Source of the DNA: a virus
Lineage: Duplodnaviria; Caudoviricetes
IMG/VR virus record: IMGVR_UViG_3300031565_004791
Coordinates: 1 to 26,118 of that record
Strand: one strand, 5' to 3'
Length of the DNA: 26,118 nt
Shown here one piece after another: positions 1-8,946 of this stretch. Numbering within the stretch: the first letter of the stretch is position 1; each line of letters starts with the position of its first letter. Both the position numbers and the translations under genes were made by a program. A model generated the notes under the pieces. That model was not told where the DNA came from and did no database searches. It worked only from the letters and a program-made list of their open reading frames with translations.

Positions 1-178
1 CCGACCGTGCAGCCTCGCTCCGGTCGATGCGCACGATTACGCTCGCGACGTCGCGCTCCAGGGTGTTGATGCGACCGACACCGATGCCGTAGGTGACCGC
101 CGCCGACGCGCCGGCTGATAGCAGGCTGACGAGGATTCCGACGGCCCACGCGGGGATGCTCATCTTTTGCGCAGCCAT
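1..178 (-). CDS. Partial small membrane protein (one TM helix + coiled coil), possibly holin/lysis-associated; runs off the window
   Basis: Hand translation MAAQKMSIPAWAVGILVSLLSAGASAAVTYGIGVGRINTLERDVASVIVRIDRSEAARS...; GAGGAG 9 nt upstream of ATG 178; another in-frame ATG at 238; lies after the tail module, where lysis genes often sit. Confidence 0.5.
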   Translation of the reverse strand, partial: MAAQKMSIPAWAVGILVSLLSAGASAAVTYGIGVGRINTLERDVASVIVRIDRSEAARS

Positions 179-287
179 GCTCTTGCGCTCCTCACGGCGC
201 CGCGGAAGCGCGTCAAGTCTCGGGTCAGTCGTCTGCATCGTCGCCTCGGCTGCTCGCCGCTCATGGCATGACACCCACCGCGGACGG

Positions 288-1325
288 TCACGCCCACTCC
301 AGCCACGCCAGGTCCGCGGGACGCAGCCCCGTCGTCACGTCGAGCCCGCCATCAGCGATCATCGCGGAGTCGACCGGCACGCACCAAACGTCCTGGAAGG
401 GGTGCTTCAGCGGCAGGTTGCGGGCGGTCGTCGGCCACGGGTCGATTGCGCCTGCGCCGAGGCGAACGCCAAACCCACCTTCCGCCGGGTCTTCGTCACG
501 GTTGCCCACGGCGGTCTGCGCGTCGTCCGCAAAGGTCTGAGCTGCAAGCAGCGTCGAGAAGGCCCTCGCCGAGCGCATGTGCTGGGTACCCGCGGAGAGC
601 GTCACGTACGCGTCGTAGACGTCGTCACCGAGCGCCATGAGCCCGTCCGCGGTGTAGTGCACATCATCGACTTGAAGCGCGATCGGAGTCGCGTCGACAA
701 CCGCTGCGTTTCCGAGCGTGGCCGCCGCCGACACGTACGCAGCACGCACCAGCGCGAGGTCGCCCGCCGTTCCCTCGGTCACTCCGCAGTTTTCGGAGAG
801 CTGCACGAAGATAATCGGCAGGTCCGCGCCAAATTCCCCTCGGAATGCGCTGCCGAGCTTGAGCAAATTCGCCTCGTACGCCGCCGCAAACGTCGAGTTC
901 TGCACGTCCGCTTCGCCCTGGATCCACGTCAGCGAGCCGAACACAAGCTCGTCGCCCGTAAACTCGGTTTTCGCGGCCTGATAGCACTGCCACAGCGCGT
1001 CGATCGCATCCGCCCACTCGGCGCCTGCGGCCTCGGGCTGCCACGATGCGGCGAGAGATGTGCCCGACCAGCCATCGCGGAAAATGAGCGGCAGCTCACC
1101 GGCGTCGTTCCGCAGATGGTATCCGAAAGCCGCCTCAATGGAGAAGAGCCCCGACGGGATCGTCATCATGGCAGACGCTGTGCCCCCGAACGTCGTGTCA
1201 AGTCGCGTGTATTGGCGCACGTCGTTTTGTGTGAGGTCGTATCTCGTGTCCGTCAGGTCTGACTTATTCGCGGCGCCGCGCGCGTTGCTCTGTCCGCAGA
1301 TGAGGTGAATCGTCCGCGTGGCCAT
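288..1325 (-). CDS. SGNH-type sialate O-acetylesterase-like (SASA/CE6-like) protein, probably virion-associated, with an extra C-terminal domain
   Basis: Motifs ICGQSNA (nucleophile Ser), WIQGEAD and DDVHY (DxxH); start ATG 1325 (MATRTIHL) overlaps the upstream TGA (TGATG), so the longer 544-aa track ORF is not used. Confidence 0.8.
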   Translation of the reverse strand: MATRTIHLICGQSNARGAANKSDLTDTRYDLTQNDVRQYTRLDTTFGGTASAMMTIPSGLFSIEAAFGYHLRNDAGELPLIFRDGWSGTSLAASWQPEAAGAEWADAIDALWQCYQAAKTEFTGDELVFGSLTWIQGEADVQNSTFAAAYEANLLKLGSAFRGEFGADLPIIFVQLSENCGVTEGTAGDLALVRAAYVSAAATLGNAAVVDATPIALQVDDVHYTADGLMALGDDVYDAYVTLSAGTQHMRSARAFSTLLAAQTFADDAQTAVGNRDEDPAEGGFGVRLGAGAIDPWPTTARNLPLKHPFQDVWCVPVDSAMIADGGLDVTTGLRPADLAWLEWA

Positions 1326-2089
1326 CACGCACCCCCGGCTGCAGCGCGCTGCTGTGCGGCGTACGCGAGAAGCGCGGCTATGTCGAAGGCGTCTGACTCG
1401 GTGTTGTCCGCAAACGACCACACGCCAAGCTCTAGAAACGACGTGTCGGACGGGTTCACGCCACCGCCACGTGCGCCGATGCCGACTACAGTCGAAGTGG
1501 GGGAGATGGCATTTGGCGTGCCCGTTGCCTCTTGGGTGCCGTCTACGTAGAGCCGGTTCGTTCCGCCCGTGTTCTGTACGGATACGACGACTGAGATGAT
1601 ATCGCCGTTGGCGATAGCCGAAGTTGAGACGAGGTCCACGGCGCCCTGCTCCCACGCGAGGTTTTGCCCCGTGCCGGTGTGATATCGAAGGTAATTCGCG
1701 GCTGCAAAATCCAGGATGCGCCGATTCGCGGCCCACGTATCGACGCGGAAAAGCGCGTAGACGACGTACGGCTTCACAAGCGAAAAAGCCGCTTCGCTGC
1801 GCAGGTACGATCCAGTCTGGAGACACTGCGCGCCCGAGAGCGATCCGACGGTCACAAGCGCAGGGCGCTGCGGGTCGGTGACAGCGGACCAGCGGAGTGA
1901 CGTCGACCCCTCGCTGTCCCACGTCGCAACGTCGCCGGTGACCTCGGTGATGCCGCTTCCGCGCAGCAAGAGCACGGAGGACTCCGGCGGCGTGAGTGAG
2001 GACGCACCCCTCACGGCAGGCGAGCGGCCGCCCCGGCGGAGTAGCGCGGGGATGGGTGCGCTACGACGGGCGATGTTGCGACCGCGCAT
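1325..2089 (-). CDS. LamG/concanavalin A-like lectin-fold protein, putative receptor-binding or tail accessory protein
   Basis: Beta-rich pattern (ATWDSEGS...PQRPALV, RLYVDGTQEATG, VVGIGARGG, FLELGVWSFA) typical of phage LamG domains; Arg-rich N-terminal leader. Confidence 0.6.
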   Translation of the reverse strand: MRGRNIARRSAPIPALLRRGGRSPAVRGASSLTPPESSVLLLRGSGITEVTGDVATWDSEGSTSLRWSAVTDPQRPALVTVGSLSGAQCLQTGSYLRSEAAFSLVKPYVVYALFRVDTWAANRRILDFAAANYLRYHTGTGQNLAWEQGAVDLVSTSAIANGDIISVVVSVQNTGGTNRLYVDGTQEATGTPNAISPTSTVVGIGARGGGVNPSDTSFLELGVWSFADNTESDAFDIAALLAYAAQQRAAAGGA

Positions 2090-2092
2090 GGC

Positions 2093-2470
2093 TCACGTCC
2101 TCCGGATCCAGAACGTCCCGCTCGCGCCAGACGACCCGATGAGCGCGATGCCGTAGTCCTCGCTACGCACGTCAAAGGTCAATCGCTCGCCGTCAAGCAC
2201 AGGCTCGTCATCCGCGTCCGGCACGTATGCGGTCGTCCCGCCGATGGCCGTCACCACGTCGGAGTCGCCCGAGTCCCATGGGCCCGTGCACCAGTAGCCC
2301 GCGAGGCCCGCAGCGGCGGCAACCATCGTGAGCGTGTACGTACCCGGTCCGAGCGGCCCGACGTAGACCGTCGCGGCGTCGGTGAAGGCGTGGTCGCCGC
2401 CGATGGGCAAGCTCGTGGTGTCGAGCAGGTCCGGGGCGCGCAGGTAGGTCAGGTCGCGGGGGTCACTCAT
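2093..2470 (-). CDS. Hypothetical small beta-rich virion protein (125 aa)
   Basis: ATGA overlap with upstream gene; located in the structural operon. Confidence 0.55.
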   Translation of the reverse strand: MSDPRDLTYLRAPDLLDTTSLPIGGDHAFTDAATVYVGPLGPGTYTLTMVAAAAGLAGYWCTGPWDSGDSDVVTAIGGTTAYVPDADDEPVLDGERLTFDVRSEDYGIALIGSSGASGTFWIRRT

Positions 2471-4374
2471 CGCATCTTCTCCTGAAGCATGGCTTCATAG
2501 TCGTCGTCGCTGACGTCTCCGCCGGACTCGCCGATCATGGCTTCGTAGTCGTCGTCGCTCACCTCGGGCCCGTCATCGGCGACAGGCTGCGCACGCGGCA
2601 TCGTAGCCGCTGACGCGCTGGCCGCACTCGGCACGCCGCGCGACGTCGCTGCGGTGCCCACCTCGCCGATGCGCTCGAGCGGCTGGCCTGCGACATCGCC
2701 AGTCGTGGCCGCCGCGCGTCCGTATGGTGAGCGCGCGAGCACCTGGCCGACGCGACGCGTCGTGCTGGGATTGCGGGCCGCGGACACGATGCGATCGACG
2801 TCTTCGGCAAGCTCCTGCGCGCGCTGGACCCGCGCGGAGTCGACCGCATCGTCCACGCGTGTCGCCGCATCGCGGTAGCCGCCTGGCGTGCCCTCAGGGG
2901 TCGCGCGCGCTGCGCGGTCCGCCGCCGTCTCGGCGAGCGGCGAGCCGTAGTGTCTGCCGAGCCGCTGCACGAGGTCGGCACGCGTGCGGGTGTAGCGCAC
3001 GAGGTCGTCGACGTAGTCCTGCTCCGCGGGCTCCGCGGCGCGCTGCATGGTGGACTCGACCGCGGGCCGCTTGGCGCGCTGGATCGGGTCCCACTCGTTG
3101 GGGCGCTCGGGCGAGTCTTCCAAGAAGCGTCGAGCCGCGATGCGTCGGGCGGGAATCGCCGCCGTCCACGCCGGGTTGTCCCCGCGCTGAAGCGCGGATG
3201 CGCCGCCCCACTCGGGGCGCTCGAGCGCCGCGCGAACCTCGCCGTACCACTCGCGCAGCGCCTCGGCCGCTTGCGGGTCTGCGTTCGGGTTCGGGTCGCG
3301 GCCACGCATGGGGCCGACGCGGCCTTGCATGCGGCCGATGGCGCGCTTGCCCTGGTCGAGCGCGGCGTAGACCTCGCCGACGTTGCCGCGCTCGATAGCG
3401 CGCTGTGCGCGGACAGCCTGGTCATTCAGTTCTGAACGCAGGTTGGCCAGCGCCGCGCGTCCGCTGCGACCGTAGCGGCCCTGGTCGACGAACTCGCGGC
3501 GAATACGCTCCTGCATGGCCGCAAACCAGTTCATGGCATCGTCGACCGCGCTCGGGTCGGCAGGCTCGCGCGCAAGCGCCTCGCGAAGCGTCGCGGGCTT
3601 GAAGCGGATGCGGTCGGACTCGATGGGGCTGCCGATGCGCTCGAGCTCCGTGACGGCGTCGGACACACGGGCCGCGTCGTCAGCGGTCTGCGTGACGCCA
3701 CGCTGAGCCGCACGGAGGCCGCGCCCGACGCCTCCCACCGCTGCGAGGCCGCCGCTGATGCCGCCGCCGATGGCGCCGCCGATGGCTGCGTCTTGCGCGA
3801 TGCCTTGCGCGTCTTCCGCACGGCTGCCGCCCGCTCCGGCGAGCACGCCCTCGCCAGCGGCTTGCGCCACGCGTGCTGCGACACGCGACCCACCCGACAG
3901 CCCAGCGCCAGCAGCGGGGAGCATGCGGCCCGTGGCGACGCCGCCTGCGACCGCGCCGGGGATGAACGCACTTGGCTCCGCCTCGGCCGCTTCGCCTTGC
4001 TGACGGCGCGTCGCGTCGCGGACGTCGGAGTACCCGAGGTCGGCCGCCGCGCGACCGTAGGCGTCTTCCTGGCCCTCGGGAGCCATGAGCCGCGCAAGAC
4101 CTGCTCGCATCTCCGGCGGCACCGCCTGCGACAGTCCGCCGACGAGCTCGTCCACCCATCCCGCGGTCGCGCCCTCAGCGATGCCACGACCGAACGCCGC
4201 CGCGCGGTCCGCGACGTCCTCGTACTCGGCCGGCAAGAGATTGAGCGCGCGCATGAGCCCGACGATGCGCTCCGCGCGCGACGGCTCGACGCTGCCCGTG
4301 ACCTGCTGCTCCGGCATCTCGATGACGTTGGAGTCCTCGGTGATGTCGAGGCGCTGGAAGCGGTCGCGGCTCAC
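2467..4374 (-). CDS. Putative internal virion / DNA-ejection protein (635 aa)
   Basis: GTGA overlap; Gly/Ala-rich hydrophobic segments (AFGRGIAEGATAGWVDELVGG, AAIGGAIGGGISGGLAAVGGVG); third of three large genes after the nozzle, as in P22-like ejection genes. Confidence 0.6.
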   Translation of the reverse strand: MSRDRFQRLDITEDSNVIEMPEQQVTGSVEPSRAERIVGLMRALNLLPAEYEDVADRAAAFGRGIAEGATAGWVDELVGGLSQAVPPEMRAGLARLMAPEGQEDAYGRAAADLGYSDVRDATRRQQGEAAEAEPSAFIPGAVAGGVATGRMLPAAGAGLSGGSRVAARVAQAAGEGVLAGAGGSRAEDAQGIAQDAAIGGAIGGGISGGLAAVGGVGRGLRAAQRGVTQTADDAARVSDAVTELERIGSPIESDRIRFKPATLREALAREPADPSAVDDAMNWFAAMQERIRREFVDQGRYGRSGRAALANLRSELNDQAVRAQRAIERGNVGEVYAALDQGKRAIGRMQGRVGPMRGRDPNPNADPQAAEALREWYGEVRAALERPEWGGASALQRGDNPAWTAAIPARRIAARRFLEDSPERPNEWDPIQRAKRPAVESTMQRAAEPAEQDYVDDLVRYTRTRADLVQRLGRHYGSPLAETAADRAARATPEGTPGGYRDAATRVDDAVDSARVQRAQELAEDVDRIVSAARNPSTTRRVGQVLARSPYGRAAATTGDVAGQPLERIGEVGTAATSRGVPSAASASAATMPRAQPVADDGPEVSDDDYEAMIGESGGDVSDDDYEAMLQEKMR

Positions 4375-6695
4375 CGGAGCACCTCGAAGCCGGCGCGCTC
4401 GGCACGTGCGCGTTCCTCGGGGGTGTCAGGCCGGACGGCGATGCCGCGAGGCGTCCGCACACGGAATGTCTGTCCGCCTCCGCCGCCGCGGCGCTCGCCG
4501 CCTCCGCCCGAGTCGGGCTCCCAGCCGAGCGCCTGCATCTTGAGCCGGTAGCCGCGGCCGATGACCTGCTGAGCGGCTTGGATCTGATTGCGGATGGCGC
4601 CCGCGCTGCGGAGGTCCGTGACGTCGGGGAACTCACGCCGGAAACGCTCGTACTCGCCCTCGTTGATGACGCCCGTGTTCCGAAGCGCAGGGAGCGAGCC
4701 GATGAATGCGTTGCGCGCCGCTTGATACTGCGCGCCAATCTCAGACTCGCCGATGGCCGTGAGCGCGCGGTCACCGGCGCCAATCTGGCCCGCGATGCGG
4801 AGCATGTCGCCGAGGTTCGCCGTTGCGCTCGCCGCACCCTCGCTCGCATCCTGCCCAGCACGGAGCGTGACCGCGTCCGGCGGCACGTCCCCGTTGCGCC
4901 AGCGCCAGCCGGGCAGATTGTTCGCGCGCGCCACTCGCTCGTCATCCTCGCGGGTGTCGCTCATGGCGGAGCCGCCGACGTACGCGCGCCGCTCTGCGCT
5001 CGAAAGCTGCGACCATGCCTGCGTTACTGCGGCCTCGCGCTCGGCCTCGCTCATGCCCTGGAGCTGCGGGTACTCGCGCTGTGCGAAGTCGCGGAAGCTG
5101 CGCGTCGGCCCGAGGCCCTCGGCGCGTGGCCCGCCGCCCTCACCGGAGCGGCGCTGCGTCTGCCGCGTGCGGAGCCCGTAACGACGCGCCACCTGGTTGT
5201 AGAGCGTCGTCGCGGCGTCCGCGGAGAGCGCGCCAATTTCCTCGTCGGAGATGCGCTCGTCTTCCGGTACGCGCTCCATCAGCGCCCGGAGCTCCTGCTG
5301 CGCCTGACGCGACACCGGCGACTCCGGGTCACGCGCCATCTGCGCCGCCTCGGCCTCGGTGCGCGCGATGTCACCCTGTGCGGTGCGCTGCGCCGCGAGC
5401 GCGCGAGCCGCCTCGGCCTGTGCGCCGACCTGCTCCGCACGGAGCCCGATGCCTTCCTCCATCGCGCCGACGCGTCGCGACTCCAGGTCGAGCCGCTGCG
5501 CCTGCTGCGCCTCGAGCATCTGCGCGCGCCGCTCTTGCGCGGCTTGCGTGATGCGCCGGAGGTCCAGGTCCTCGGCGCCGCGTGCGCGCTGCTCGTCCAC
5601 GCCGCGAGCCTGCGTGATGCGGGCCTGCTGTTGCGTGGGACTGCTGTTGATCATGGCGTTGCCGACCATGCCGCCGGCACCCGCCATGAACTGGGCCGCT
5701 GCGGGGCTGCCGCCGCGTGCGTCGAGCGCGAGCGCGCCAGCGCCCAGGCCGATCTTCGTGATGTACCCGAGCGCCTTGAGGATGCGCTCACGACGCAGCG
5801 CGGTACGCGCCTCGTCCTCGCTCGATGTGTCCAGTGCCTGCTGCGTACCCGCGCTGGACTGCGGCATCGCTGCGGTACGAATGTCCGGCGGAAGCCGCGA
5901 GCCCTGCGGCTGCACGGTCTGCTGGCGCGCGTCCGCTGCGCGCTGTTGATCGGGAAGTGGCGCGGCCGCCGGAGGCGCGGGAGGAGCGAGGGGAGAGGAG
6001 GGAGACTCCTGCGCCCCCGGCGGCTGTGCCGGACCCGATGCGGGGGAGCCCATCGGGGTCGTCTGCTGAGGCGCCACGGTGCCGCTCTGCGGCTGCGGCG
6101 TGACGGGAGGCGGCGCACCTCCGCCGCCGAGGTTTGCGCGCGCTTGCGAGGCGCTGGCGACGTCTGCGGCGTCCTGCTGCGCGTCGAGCGCGTCAAAGTT
6201 GACCGCGCGACCGCCCGCCGCGCCCTGCTGGTACGGTGCGCTCGCGTCGAGCACACGCTGATACGGGTCCGGCTGCTCGGCCGGCGCGTTGGGTGTGAAG
6301 CGGATCTCATCCTCGGGAATGTCGACGTTCGCTTGAAAGCGAATCTCATCCTCGGGAATGCTCATCTGGAACTGCGGTGTGACCGGCGTCTGCGGCTCGT
6401 CTCGCTGCGTGGCGATGGACTCGAGGGCGCGCCGCTGAATGGGCGCACCGCGGTCATCCTCGCGCACCTGCCGTCGCTCGAAAGAGCCCAACGACGACTC
6501 GCGGCGCGACTCGGCCGCTTCGTCCATCTGTGCCTGGCGCTCTTCGGCCGCTTCGGCCTCCGCAGCGCGACGCTCCTCGGCCGCCTCCTCTGCCTCGCGC
6601 GCAGCTTCCTCGGCCTTGCGGCGCTCCTCTTCCTCGCGCGCCTTGTTGCCGTTGGAGCCGCCGTCGAGCAGCCCGCCAATAAGGGGAATGCCCAT
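4371..6695 (-). CDS. Putative internal virion / DNA-ejection protein (774 aa)
   Basis: Start ATG 6695 (MGIPLIGGLL) by TGATG overlap; charged coiled coil, Pro/Gln-rich linker, hydrophobic Gly/Ala hairpin, helical C-terminus; synteny. Confidence 0.6.
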   Translation of the reverse strand: MGIPLIGGLLDGGSNGNKAREEEERRKAEEAAREAEEAAEERRAAEAEAAEERQAQMDEAAESRRESSLGSFERRQVREDDRGAPIQRRALESIATQRDEPQTPVTPQFQMSIPEDEIRFQANVDIPEDEIRFTPNAPAEQPDPYQRVLDASAPYQQGAAGGRAVNFDALDAQQDAADVASASQARANLGGGGAPPPVTPQPQSGTVAPQQTTPMGSPASGPAQPPGAQESPSSPLAPPAPPAAAPLPDQQRAADARQQTVQPQGSRLPPDIRTAAMPQSSAGTQQALDTSSEDEARTALRRERILKALGYITKIGLGAGALALDARGGSPAAAQFMAGAGGMVGNAMINSSPTQQQARITQARGVDEQRARGAEDLDLRRITQAAQERRAQMLEAQQAQRLDLESRRVGAMEEGIGLRAEQVGAQAEAARALAAQRTAQGDIARTEAEAAQMARDPESPVSRQAQQELRALMERVPEDERISDEEIGALSADAATTLYNQVARRYGLRTRQTQRRSGEGGGPRAEGLGPTRSFRDFAQREYPQLQGMSEAEREAAVTQAWSQLSSAERRAYVGGSAMSDTREDDERVARANNLPGWRWRNGDVPPDAVTLRAGQDASEGAASATANLGDMLRIAGQIGAGDRALTAIGESEIGAQYQAARNAFIGSLPALRNTGVINEGEYERFRREFPDVTDLRSAGAIRNQIQAAQQVIGRGYRLKMQALGWEPDSGGGGERRGGGGGQTFRVRTPRGIAVRPDTPEERARAERAGFEVLR

Positions 6696-7732
6696 CAGAA
6701 GATGCTCCCGAGGATCTTGCTCGTTCGATCCGTCCGCTTGTCGTCGTTCCTGTTCTGCTGCTCTTGCACCTCGCTGCGCCGTCCGCCGGCAAGCTCCGCG
6801 CTTCGGCCGCTTGCGTCTGACTGCGCCTGCGCGAGCCCGAAGCGGTTCGCGTACCGCTGCTGCGCTGCGCCGCCGCGCCGGTCGGCGTTCCATCGCGTAA
6901 AGTCGTCCGCCGCGCTCGATCGCGTCGCAGCCTCGTCGAAGGACTGGCCACGCATGCCGCTCGACAGGTCGCCCTGCATCCCGAGCGCCTGCAGCGCACG
7001 CCGCTGCGCCTGCGCCTGGGTCTCGAGCTGCATTTCGTTCGCGCGATTCGCACCGCCCTGCTGCGCAGCGAGCTGTCCGGCGAGCTCTGCGCCCGATCCA
7101 GACATCCCGCGCATCGCCATCTGCTGCTGGACTGCCTGGCGCTGAGACTGCTCTTGCTGAGCAGTCTCCATGCGCATCCGCTGCATCGCAGCGGCTTCCT
7201 CAGCGGTGTACCCGCCTCGGCCGATCTGCGAGAGCGAGTCGAGTGCCGCACGCTGCGCCGCGATGGCGCCCGCGTCCGCCTCTGCGCCCGCGAGCTGAGA
7301 CTCCGCGCTCTCGACGCCGCCGAGAAGATCTAGCTCCGACGGAGCCTCCTCTCCCACTCCAGCGAATGCGCCCGAGACACCTCCGAGACCATCGTTGAAG
7401 GCGCCGCCGTAGTAGTCCTGCTGAGCTTGTAGCTGCGCGGCCTGCCGCTTGCGCTCCTCGCGCCTTGAGTCTCGGCGGTCGGCGCGCTTATCGCCGCGAG
7501 GGCCACGTCCTCGCCCAGTTTTTGAGTCCGATGAGTAGTAGACTTGACCCGTTTCGGGGTCTGTCCTCGGCAGGTACGTTTTGTTGTTGCCACCAGCGGC
7601 AGTGCCGGTCTGGCGACCGACCTCGGCGCCATTCTCATCGTAGAACGTCCACTGCCGCTGCTCACCCTCACCAGTCGCGGTGGCGCGCGTGTAGTCGTAA
7701 GCGTTGCCGTCCTGGTCGTAAAACTGCGGCAT
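6695..7732 (-). CDS. Putative DNA pilot/ejection protein (345 aa, Ala/Gln/Gly-rich)
   Basis: Start ATG 7732 (MPQFYDQDG) by TGATG overlap; QQQMAMRGMSGSGAELAGQLAAQQ-type helical region characteristic of podophage pilot proteins. Confidence 0.6.
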   Translation of the reverse strand: MPQFYDQDGNAYDYTRATATGEGEQRQWTFYDENGAEVGRQTGTAAGGNNKTYLPRTDPETGQVYYSSDSKTGRGRGPRGDKRADRRDSRREERKRQAAQLQAQQDYYGGAFNDGLGGVSGAFAGVGEEAPSELDLLGGVESAESQLAGAEADAGAIAAQRAALDSLSQIGRGGYTAEEAAAMQRMRMETAQQEQSQRQAVQQQMAMRGMSGSGAELAGQLAAQQGGANRANEMQLETQAQAQRRALQALGMQGDLSSGMRGQSFDEAATRSSAADDFTRWNADRRGGAAQQRYANRFGLAQAQSDASGRSAELAGGRRSEVQEQQNRNDDKRTDRTSKILGSIF

Positions 7733-8100
7733 CAGCCATCTCCCATCACGAAGAGCCTGACGTCGTATCGGGTGCCCGAGGACAGTCCAGCGATGCCGGA
7801 GAGTACCACGGATCGACCCGATGAGCCAGGGCGCCACAGGGTGGACGACGTCGCGACGGGGACGCCGGCCGCTGCCGCGTACGCACACACCACGACGCGC
7901 GGACGCATGTCGACATCTATCGTCAGATCCGGATCGGCCGGGTCGTATCGGATCTCACGCTCCTGCGCCCGCGGAAGCGCGTCGAGCGCGAGCCGAGTCT
8001 CGCCCACGAAGCGCCGGAATCGATCGCGCACATCCGCCCACTCAGCGCGCGCGTCGATGCCGAGTACCGCGGGAACCAGCGCTTGGACAAAGCGGATCAT
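7732..8100 (-). CDS. Hypothetical tail-associated protein (122 aa)
   Basis: Clean ORF between fibre-like and ejection genes; helical N-half, beta C-half; stop overlaps next start. Confidence 0.55.
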   Translation of the reverse strand: MIRFVQALVPAVLGIDARAEWADVRDRFRRFVGETRLALDALPRAQEREIRYDPADPDLTIDVDMRPRVVVCAYAAAAGVPVATSSTLWRPGSSGRSVVLSGIAGLSSGTRYDVRLFVMGDG

Positions 8101-8106
8101 GTGAGC

Positions 8107-8946
8107 TCAGGAGATGTCATTTTGCCCTTCGAAGGCCACGCAATCGATTGCCGCGGACTGCGTACCAGTGGCGTTGGTCGCGCACTGCCAGTGATGGAAA
8201 AGCAGCGCCGAGTCTGGCGGAATGTCCGTCGTCAGAGTGCCTGACGCCGTGCCCGCCGCGTCCAGCCTCGTCACACGATACACGACAGACCCCGGCGAAA
8301 GGTCGAGCTCGAAACGAATCGACATGTTGACAGCCCGCGCGAAAGACGCGCCGAGATCGACCTTTGTTGCCGAAACCGCGCTGGCCTTGCGCATGAGCTG
8401 AAGGTTCGCGTCGGTCGAATCGAGTCCGAGATACACTCCCGCCGGAATGCTATTACTACTCGGCTGCGTGCCGAAGCTGAGATATGAGCTCATTCCCGCG
8501 ACAAGCCCGATTATCGCTCGCATGTCCGCGATAGCGGACCCAAGAAGACCCACCACCGTCTGAGTGCGACTCGGGCTGCCGAGGCTCCAAAGAGCGCCGG
8601 TCCTCTTGCCTGCCGTGGACCGTGACACGGTGGACGTCTGACACGCGTTGCGATTTTGCCTCTCAAGCCACGTCGCGCTGGCCGGCACCGTCGTCCGCGC
8701 GGTGGTAGCGCTAGCAAAAACCGTCACCGGACTCATATGGGTCACCGAGTCGGTTCCCGACCCGCCCGAGACCGGCATCACCGTACGTCGCACAGACGTG
8801 AGCGTGTCCGATGCCGCTCCGGCTAGCAGCGACGCAGGCACTTGCACCGTCTGCGCGCTCTGACGGCCCGCTAGCACGAGACCTGTCGTGCTCACCGCCG
8901 ATGCCAGCGACTCGATCGTGTCCAGCTCTGGCGTGATGACAGCCAT
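8107..8946 (-). CDS. Putative tail fibre/spike-like protein (279 aa)
   Basis: Start ATG 8946 (MAVITPELD) by TGATG overlap with nozzle; Ser/Thr/Ala/Gly-rich with a beta-sandwich-like C-terminus (ATKVDLGASF...GTLTTDIP). Confidence 0.55.
   Translation of the reverse strand: MAVITPELDTIESLASAVSTTGLVLAGRQSAQTVQVPASLLAGAASDTLTSVRRTVMPVSGGSGTDSVTHMSPVTVFASATTARTTVPASATWLERQNRNACQTSTVSRSTAGKRTGALWSLGSPSRTQTVVGLLGSAIADMRAIIGLVAGMSSYLSFGTQPSSNSIPAGVYLGLDSTDANLQLMRKASAVSATKVDLGASFARAVNMSIRFELDLSPGSVVYRVTRLDAAGTASGTLTTDIPPDSALLFHHWQCATNATGTQSAAIDCVAFEGQNDIS

Noticed and set aside
190-219. TTGACG (211-216, minus) with weak similarity to the repeat promoter
   Set aside because: No plausible -10 at 16-18 bp, and the similarity is too short to call in GC-rich DNA
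4578-7145. 855-aa plus-strand ORF, and other long antisense ORFs such as 93-1262, 12888-14831, 15209-16468 and 18774-19844
   Set aside because: Antisense shadows of high-GC3 minus-strand genes; Arg/Leu/Ala-rich with no motifs, fully overlapping well-supported genes
288-8946. Diversity-generating retroelement targeting tail or LamG genes
   Set aside because: No reverse transcriptase and no TR/VR pair with adenine-specific mismatches seen; mismatches in the repeats found elsewhere are not A-biased
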